From positions 1,332 to 65,331 of the forward strand of contig JAGGSQ010000069.1 of the NCBI GenBank assembly GCA_021159015.1: 64,000 nucleotides of DNA, read 5' to 3'. The notes beneath the pieces are model-generated. The model saw nothing but the letters and a program-made list of their open reading frames with translations, was not told the DNA's origin and did not search any database. The position numbers were made by a program, and so were the translations under genes. The number at the start of each line of letters is the position of its first letter. Within the stretch, counting starts at the first letter, position 1. Source of the stretch: Candidatus Omnitrophota bacterium. Lineage in GTDB: Bacteria; Omnitrophota; Gorgyraeia; Duberdicusellales; Duberdicusellaceae. This document shows, piece by piece, positions 58,847-64,000 of this stretch.

Positions 58847-59105
58847 ATAATACTAAATCAACTTCTCTGGTGTTTCTCTCCCCCCGCATGCCTCTTCTTA
58901 CTCCGCATCTGGCAGCCTGAGGGGTTAAACCTGAGACCTCTTTCTCTCGCATCTCCTCTAGAGAATCTATTCCCTTAACCCTCACCATAGTGTCTCTTAA
59001 CTGAGTGGCTGCAGACAAACTAAAATATCCGCACCCCGCGTAACCAAAATTGTCCACCCGCCGGGTGGACAAAAGGGCTTTTAGTTTTATCAATTTTTCT
59101 CTCAT
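58833..59105 (-). CDS. hypothetical protein (uncertain)
   Basis: 90-aa ORF filling the gap exactly, ATGA overlap with the upstream stop; no recognised motif. Confidence 0.4.
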   Translation of the reverse strand: MREKLIKLKALLSTRRVDNFGYAGCGYFSLSAATQLRDTMVRVKGIDSLEEMREKEVSGLTPQAARCGVRRGMRGERNTREVDLVLYEKK

Positions 59106-60262
59106 CTGCTTTTATTGGCTGCGGCGAGAAAATCTTTTATGCGGCTTATGGCTGTTTTTAATTCTTCCAAAGGAGAAGCAAAGGAAATACGCACAAAATT
59201 CTTATATTCTGCCCCAAAAGCCTCTCCCGGTACGACGGCCACCTTCTTCTGGTAAAGAAGCCGGCTGGCAAACTCCAGCGATTCCATACGGGCTGCCTTT
59301 ATAGAACTAAAACAATAAAATGCTCCTTGAGGCATAGGGGTAGTAAGACCTAGCTCATTAAGAGATTTGACAATAAAGTCGCGGCGGCGGCGATATTCTC
59401 TCACCATAAGATGCGCTTCTGTCTCGGAAACAAGCGCTTCGCTAGCCGCAATCTGAGAAACAATCGGTGCGCAGAGCATAGTAAAAGAGTGAATTTTAGT
59501 CATAGCGGAAATTATTTCTTCTGGCCCGCAGGCGAATCCCAGCCGGAAACCGGTCATGGCAAAATTTTTAGAAAATCCTCCTAAATAAATTGTATGTTTT
59601 TTAGCTCCCCTCAAGGAAGCAAAAGGAGTATGAGGAAAATCGTAACTAATTAAGTCGTATATCTCATCGCTCACTATGTAGATATCGCTACGGCGCAGCA
59701 GGCTCCACAACTCGCGCAGCTGCGGCCTCGTGAAAGAGATGCCGGTAGGATTATTGGGATAATTAAGAATAATTAATTTGGGTCTCTGGACCAGGAGTTT
59801 TTCCAGCTGTTCCATGTCAATCTGAAAATTGTCTTTATCAGAACAAAAAAGCGGCAATATCTCTCCCCCCGCTAAACTAACTACCGCCGGATAGGCTACA
59901 TAAGCGGGATAAGACACAATGGCTCTCTCGCGCTCTTCTAAAAGTACCCGGCAGGCCAAATCTAAACCTTCGCTTACTCCTGCCGTAATTAGAATCTCCT
60001 TTTCGGGGTTGTAAACTAAATTGTATTTGCGCTTGAGGAAACGGCTCAAGGCGCGACGTAGAGAAAGCAAACCTTTATTAGAAGTATAAGAAGTATAACC
60101 TTCCTCCAGGGCGAATATGGCCTTCTCTCTTATTTTCCAAGGCGTAACAAAATCCGGCTCGCCTACCCCCAGAGAAATTACCTCCTTCATGCCTAAGACT
60201 AAATCAAAAAACTTACGGATGCCAGAAGGAGCCAAATTGTTAACTCTTCGGTTCAATTTCAT
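59102..60262 (-). CDS. class I/II PLP aminotransferase (AlaT/YugH-like)
   Basis: SLGVGEPDF, NYPNNPTG, SDEIY, FSKNFAMTGFRLG. Confidence 0.93.
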   Translation of the reverse strand: MKLNRRVNNLAPSGIRKFFDLVLGMKEVISLGVGEPDFVTPWKIREKAIFALEEGYTSYTSNKGLLSLRRALSRFLKRKYNLVYNPEKEILITAGVSEGLDLACRVLLEERERAIVSYPAYVAYPAVVSLAGGEILPLFCSDKDNFQIDMEQLEKLLVQRPKLIILNYPNNPTGISFTRPQLRELWSLLRRSDIYIVSDEIYDLISYDFPHTPFASLRGAKKHTIYLGGFSKNFAMTGFRLGFACGPEEIISAMTKIHSFTMLCAPIVSQIAASEALVSETEAHLMVREYRRRRDFIVKSLNELGLTTPMPQGAFYCFSSIKAARMESLEFASRLLYQKKVAVVPGEAFGAEYKNFVRISFASPLEELKTAISRIKDFLAAANKSR

Positions 60263-60263
60263 T

Positions 60264-60749
60264 TTAATAAGCAATGCTTAGCCTTCTTTTGCCTTTGGTC
60301 TTTTCAAAAATAACTCCGTCTTCTTTGTATTTCTTGAGAAGAAAATGAGTAGTAGTACCCCGGACTGAATTTAAAGGCGCCAGTTTCTCAGCCACAAAGT
60401 TAGCTACCGTTTGAATATCCTTCCCCTCTACCACTAAAAGCAAATCAAAAGTTCCTGAAACCAAATAGCAAGTCTTCACCTCTTCAAATTTATAAATCCG
60501 CTCCGCGATATAATCAAACCCTAAGTCTTTTTGGGGTGTAATTTTTACCTCGATTAAGGCAAGAACTTTGTCTTTTTCTTCTCTGAGTTTGTTTTTATTA
60601 ATGAGAGTTTTATATTTGAGGATAATTCCTTTCTTTTCATACTTTTTGATGCGACTGGCTACTTCTTTTTGACTGCGACCTGTAACTTTGGCTAGGTCTT
60701 CTAAAGATATACGCGCATTGTTTTCTAATAACTCTAACAGCTCATCCAT
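60264..60749 (-). CDS. Lrp/AsnC family transcriptional regulator (AlaR/YugG-like)
   Basis: N-terminal HTH, YLVSGTFDL, THF.LKKYK. Confidence 0.92.
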   Translation of the reverse strand: MDELLELLENNARISLEDLAKVTGRSQKEVASRIKKYEKKGIILKYKTLINKNKLREEKDKVLALIEVKITPQKDLGFDYIAERIYKFEEVKTCYLVSGTFDLLLVVEGKDIQTVANFVAEKLAPLNSVRGTTTHFLLKKYKEDGVIFEKTKGKRRLSIAY

Positions 60750-60838
60750 CTTTCCCCCTTTTGATTAATTAAAAGTTCTTTCCCAAATTATATATAAATT
60801 ATATAGGTATAGCAATATCTATTTACGAGCAGAAAAAG

Positions 60839-60913
60839 TAGCCCCAACGGGATTTGAACCCGTGTCTGATGGCTGAGAACCACCTGTCCTAGGCCGGGCT
60901 AGACGATGGGGCC
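60839..60913 (-). tRNA. tRNA-Glu(CTC)
   Basis: GGCCCCA...TGGGGCT acceptor, anticodon loop TT-CTC-AG, GGTTCAAATCC. Confidence 0.95.
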
Positions 60914-60927
60914 ACAAGAAAAGACTT

Positions 60928-61009
60928 TGCCGGGAGAGGGATTTGAACCCTCACGCCTTGCGGCATACGCCCCTCAAACGTATGTGTCTGCCAATTCCAC
61001 CATCCCGGC
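60928..61009 (-). tRNA. tRNA-Leu(GAG)
   Basis: GCCGGGA...TCCCGGC acceptor, anticodon loop TT-GAG-GG, long variable arm GCC-GCAA-GGC. Confidence 0.95.
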
Positions 61010-61064
61010 AAAAGCGTCTCACTTGACACAGAACCCAATCTAAAACAACAACCTTTGTCTTTCT

Positions 61065-61129
61065 GCCGCAGAGTGTGGGCAGTTTAATAATATAAACCGC
61101 TTTGCGGTAAAACTGTCCAACATCCCGGC
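61065..61129 (-). ncRNA. candidate structured small RNA, copy 3
   Basis: GCCG/CGGC terminal stem; GGACAGTTT/AAACTGCCC; inner hairpin ACCGC-AAA-GCGGT; TATATT loop. Confidence 0.55.
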
Positions 61130-61183
61130 GACAACGTCTATCTTAAAACAAAACTAATCTAAAAGAACTGCGTTTATCTTACC

Positions 61184-61248
61184 GCTAAACAACGTGGGCA
61201 ATGTAATATAAAAGATTACTTTGTAATAACATTGTCCAACATCCCGGC
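61184..61248 (-). ncRNA. candidate structured small RNA, copy 2
   Basis: GGACAATGT/ACATTGCCC; inner hairpin ATTAC-AAA-GTAAT; TATATT loop. Confidence 0.55.
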
Positions 61249-61307
61249 GACAACGTCTATCTTAAAATAAGGTCCAAATTTAAAAGAGCAGCGTTTATCT
61301 TTTTTCC

Positions 61308-61371
61308 GCCAGACTTGCGGGCAGAAGAAATATACACCTGCTTCGCAGATACTTCTGTCCAACATCCCGGC
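61308..61371 (-). ncRNA. candidate structured small RNA, copy 1
   Basis: End-to-end stem; GGACAGAAG/CTTCTGCCC; inner hairpin ATCTGC-GAA-GCAGGT; TATATT loop. Confidence 0.55.
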
Positions 61372-61429
61372 AGCAACCTAATTCCCACGAAAAACACTTA
61401 TCCCAAAGAACACCTTAGCAGTGAGATAA

Positions 61430-61457
61430 ATTATAGCATAAAACCTTTCTGCCGCAA
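61430..61457 (-). promoter_or_regulatory. sigma70 promoter driving the repeat array and tRNA-Leu/tRNA-Glu
   Basis: TTGCGG-16 nt-TATAAT with extended -10 TG; boxA-like TGTTCTTTGG at 61412-61403. Confidence 0.7.
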
Positions 61458-61486
61458 TTATTTTAAAGTCCAAAATTTTTTCTTAA

Positions 61487-61832
61487 TCAGATAAAACAAT
61501 CTTTCTCATGACGCTTTTCTTCTCCCGCAATCTCTTTCACCTCTGCATCTAAATATGCTATGCGGGCTCTCCGTAAAGCTCAAACCAAATACCCGCCCCA
61601 AAATAAAAAGAAATAAACTTTAAGCCAGTTTGGTGTTACTTCTTTTCTCACATCAGCAAGTTTGTGTCAGAAACGATAATGGGCATATTCTTCCTCGGCA
61701 ATCTTAGCTAGAATAGCTTTGGTTTTTTGTCTTTTACCATCTCGCCCAACTTTCTATAAATAAAATGTTCGTCATCTCGTTGCGTTGAAAACGGCGCAAT
61801 TTCTCTAATAATTCTGGCCCGTTTTTGTTCAT
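61487..61832 (-). pseudogene. decayed VIT1/CCC1-rubrerythrin (ferritin-like N-domain) gene
   Basis: Fragments in shifting frames: RRFQRNEMT/EHFIYRKL, ILAKIAEEEYAHYRF*, PNWLKVYFF, GRVFGLSF, EIAGEEKRHE. Confidence 0.7.
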
Positions 61833-62065
61833 ACGGCTTCCACCCGCTTAATCTGCGGCACTCTCTCCCGCAAGGCTTGCTCTACTACCATCTTCAAAGT
61901 AAACTCCCCCATAAAACAACTGCTGCAGGCTCCTCTAAGTCTCACTTTTACTTCTCCTTCTCCAGTTACCTCTACTAGCTCTAAATCTCCTCCATCCGCT
62001 ACTAAGTAAGGCTTTATTTCCTCAAGAGCCGCAGTAACCTTTTCTGGCAAACTTTTCTTTTCCAT
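61829..62065 (-). CDS. NifU/Nfu-type Fe-S cluster carrier
   Basis: IKPYL.ADGGD.ELV, LRGACSSC; start at MEKK. Confidence 0.9.
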   Translation of the reverse strand: MEKKSLPEKVTAALEEIKPYLVADGGDLELVEVTGEGEVKVRLRGACSSCFMGEFTLKMVVEQALRERVPQIKRVEAV

Positions 62066-62081
62066 AAATAGGTTGCTTAAA

Positions 62082-63578
62082 CTATTCTTTATTTGCCCAG
62101 CGGCGCGCCGCAATAACTACGGCGAAAAAAAGAGTAAAAAGCAGCCAATCACGTCCTACCAGGATTAAAGTCAAGGGAGGATATTGACCATAAGGAGCGG
62201 AAAACTCCTTGATTAAGGCGTTGATAAAAAGTATCCCTAAAGTAAAAGGGATTATGGCTTTGATTGTCCAGTCCCAAAAAGAAGGAAGACTGGCCTGGGC
62301 TGCAGAATTTATATGCGAGCGTAACTTTTCAGCCCCCCAGAACCAACCCACTACCAATGCCTCTAATAGACCCGCTAAGACCAAGCCGTATTGGGTAAGG
62401 AAGTGGTCTACAATATCCAAAAGTAAAAGACCTGCTTGCGTAGCAAAAATAATACTGCCCAAAAAACCGCTTACCGCCAGCACTGAGACTACACTGCGGC
62501 GTCGGTAGTTAAACTTATCAATTACAGCTGAGGTAAATGCTTCCATAATGGAGATGGAAGAAGAAAGGCCGGCAATTACTAAGATACCAAAAAAAACCAC
62601 TCCAAATAAAGAAGCAAAGGCCGGCAACAAGCTTATGGCCTGAGGATAACTGACAAAAGCTAGCCCCACTGCCTGGGTCACCACCTTATCTATAGGTTGG
62701 TGTGACTGATAGGACATATACCCTAATATTGCAAACACTCCTAACCCCGCAAATATAGAAAAGAAGCAATTTACCAAACTAATAGAAGTAGCATCTTTAA
62801 GTATCTGGCTGCGGCGTGGTAGGTAAGAAGCATAAGCAATCATAATGCCAAAGCCTAAGCTCAATGTAAAAAATATCTGCGAAAAAGCATCTAACCATAC
62901 TCCTACCTGTTTCAACTTATCAAAGTCCGGCCGGAGATAAACCTCTAAACCTTCTCGGGCACCGGGAAGACGCAGGCTCCAAAATACCAAGAAGCCTGTA
63001 AGAATAAACAGTAGAGGCATAAAGATTTTATTAGCGCGTTCCAAGCCTTTCTCCACCCCCAAAAACACAATAAGCCAGTTGAGAAACCAAATAATACCTA
63101 AAGAAAAAAGAATCTGGGGACGAATATTACCCCAGTCAAAAGGACCTTTGCTTACCGCTAAAAACTGATGAAAAAAGAAGTGGTTGGGATTGTGGCCCCA
63201 ACTGAGATTAAAGGAAAAGTAAAAATAGTTCAGACACCAGGCAATCACTACCGAATAATAAAGCACAATACCGAACATAACAAAAATAACCTGCCACCAG
63301 CCTAACCATTCCCAATGTGGACTAATATCAGCAAAAGCAGCCGGAGCAGAGCCTCGCATTTTATGACCTAGGGATATCTCTAAAATCATAAGAGGTAGTC
63401 CCACCACTAACAGCGCGGTGAAATAGGGTATTAAAAACGCTCCTCCTCCATTCTTATAGCAAAGATAAGGAAAGCGCCAGATATTACCTAAGCCTACCGC
63501 GGAACCAATAGCCGCCAGAATAAACCCTATATGGGTACGCCATTGAGGTCGGTGGTGAGTTAGAAGCGTCTTAGGCAT
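62082..63578 (-). CDS. sodium-dependent transporter (NSS/SNF family)
   Basis: GSAVGLGNIWRFPY, GGGAFLIPY, QIFFTLSLGFG. Confidence 0.95.
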   Translation of the reverse strand: MPKTLLTHHRPQWRTHIGFILAAIGSAVGLGNIWRFPYLCYKNGGGAFLIPYFTALLVVGLPLMILEISLGHKMRGSAPAAFADISPHWEWLGWWQVIFVMFGIVLYYSVVIAWCLNYFYFSFNLSWGHNPNHFFFHQFLAVSKGPFDWGNIRPQILFSLGIIWFLNWLIVFLGVEKGLERANKIFMPLLFILTGFLVFWSLRLPGAREGLEVYLRPDFDKLKQVGVWLDAFSQIFFTLSLGFGIMIAYASYLPRRSQILKDATSISLVNCFFSIFAGLGVFAILGYMSYQSHQPIDKVVTQAVGLAFVSYPQAISLLPAFASLFGVVFFGILVIAGLSSSISIMEAFTSAVIDKFNYRRRSVVSVLAVSGFLGSIIFATQAGLLLLDIVDHFLTQYGLVLAGLLEALVVGWFWGAEKLRSHINSAAQASLPSFWDWTIKAIIPFTLGILFINALIKEFSAPYGQYPPLTLILVGRDWLLFTLFFAVVIAARRWANKE

Positions 63579-63590
63579 AACGAAATAATT

Positions 63591-63992
63591 CTAACATTCT
63601 TTCAGTTGCAGGTAAATACTTTTGTGAACAAGTGTCTTGAAAGTAGCCTGACTTATTTTTTTCAGCAACTCTTCATTCCTTCTAGAGACACCTATAAACT
63701 CAGCCGGCACCTCTGCCTTCTGAGCACACAGAGCAAATACATACAATGTATTTCTGTCGCTGAAAGCTGCTTGATAGGAATGATGATTCCAGTCACTTCC
63801 CTCAAAAATTAATATTTCCTTATCTCCAAACTCCTGACCCAAAATCTCTTTTAATTTTTGCTTCAGAGACTCTGAGGGGGGAAAATATAACACTATTTCA
63901 ATAAAGCGCTGAGAGGCTTGAATTTTTTTAGCAACGGCCTCTTTCAATCCCTCTAAATCTACCGCGGGAGGCAAATCTAAAGAACCCCTCAT
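63591..63992 (-). CDS. hypothetical protein
   Basis: 133-aa ORF in line with the downstream minus-strand genes; start uncertain at the window edge. Confidence 0.55.
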   Translation of the reverse strand: MRGSLDLPPAVDLEGLKEAVAKKIQASQRFIEIVLYFPPSESLKQKLKEILGQEFGDKEILIFEGSDWNHHSYQAAFSDRNTLYVFALCAQKAEVPAEFIGVSRRNEELLKKISQATFKTLVHKSIYLQLKEC

Positions 63993-64000
63993 ATCGTTCA

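Larger units (their letters stand above)
60997..61371 (-). repeat. ~120-bp tandem repeat: three units plus the tRNA-Leu 5' end
   Basis: GCCGGGATG(T/G)TGGA begins at 61371, 61248, 61129 and 61009 (spacings 123, 119, 120). Confidence 0.9.

Noticed and set aside
60997-61371. CRISPR array interpretation of the ~120-bp repeats
   Set aside because: The intervening sequences are homologous and self-complementary rather than unique spacers, the period is too long, and no cas genes are in the window.
61065-61371. Integron attC sites (GTCCAAC/GTTGGAC fits RYYYAAC/GTTRRRY)
   Set aside because: The core motif is inside-out relative to attC, the partner arm is GCCC(A/G)C, and there are no cassette ORFs or integrase.
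61065-61371. Degenerate tRNA-Leu pseudogenes or prophage att remnants
   Set aside because: Only the 5' ~14 nt match the tRNA, there is no T-loop or anticodon arm, integration scars usually duplicate tRNA 3' ends, and the stems show compensatory changes.
403-63812. Numerous 60-150 aa ORFs antisense to or nested in recognised genes
   Set aside because: Shadow ORFs without RBS or motifs, lying over well-supported genes.

Overview
Bacterial chromosomal segment, mostly minus-strand genes. Gene content (Rnf, PAC2, DUF1302/DUF1329, outer-membrane proteins) suggests a diderm anaerobe, possibly Omnitrophota-like; this is inference only. Housekeeping content: ftsH, purN, rnfCDGEAB plus an rseC-like gene, a fusA2-ychF-like-purH-mutT-folC-mnmE-folE run, gcvT-H-PA-PB with lipoate ligase and lipA, era, nfeD-stomatin, an Lrp-aminotransferase pair, and tRNA-Thr(CGT), -Glu(CTC), -Leu(GAG). 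Two regions stand out. (1) At 25.7-38.3 kb, a cluster joins an acyl-CoA ligase and a cobalamin-dependent radical SAM enzyme to a divergent nucleoside phosphorylase, an MtnA-like isomerase with a degenerate partner, a class II aldolase fused to an SCP2-like lipid-binding domain, an MMPL/DUF1329/DUF1302 transport module and an aldehyde dehydrogenase. This is a candidate new adenosyl-lipid or 5'-deoxyadenosine-coupled lipid pathway. (2) At 61.0-61.4 kb, three ~65-nt structured elements repeat with ~120-bp period between a sigma70 promoter and tRNA-Leu. They share tRNA-Leu's 5' end and show compensatory base changes, so they are a candidate novel ncRNA array. Several pseudogene remnants and probable leaderless transcripts are also visible. 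All calls come from reading motifs by eye; no searches were run.
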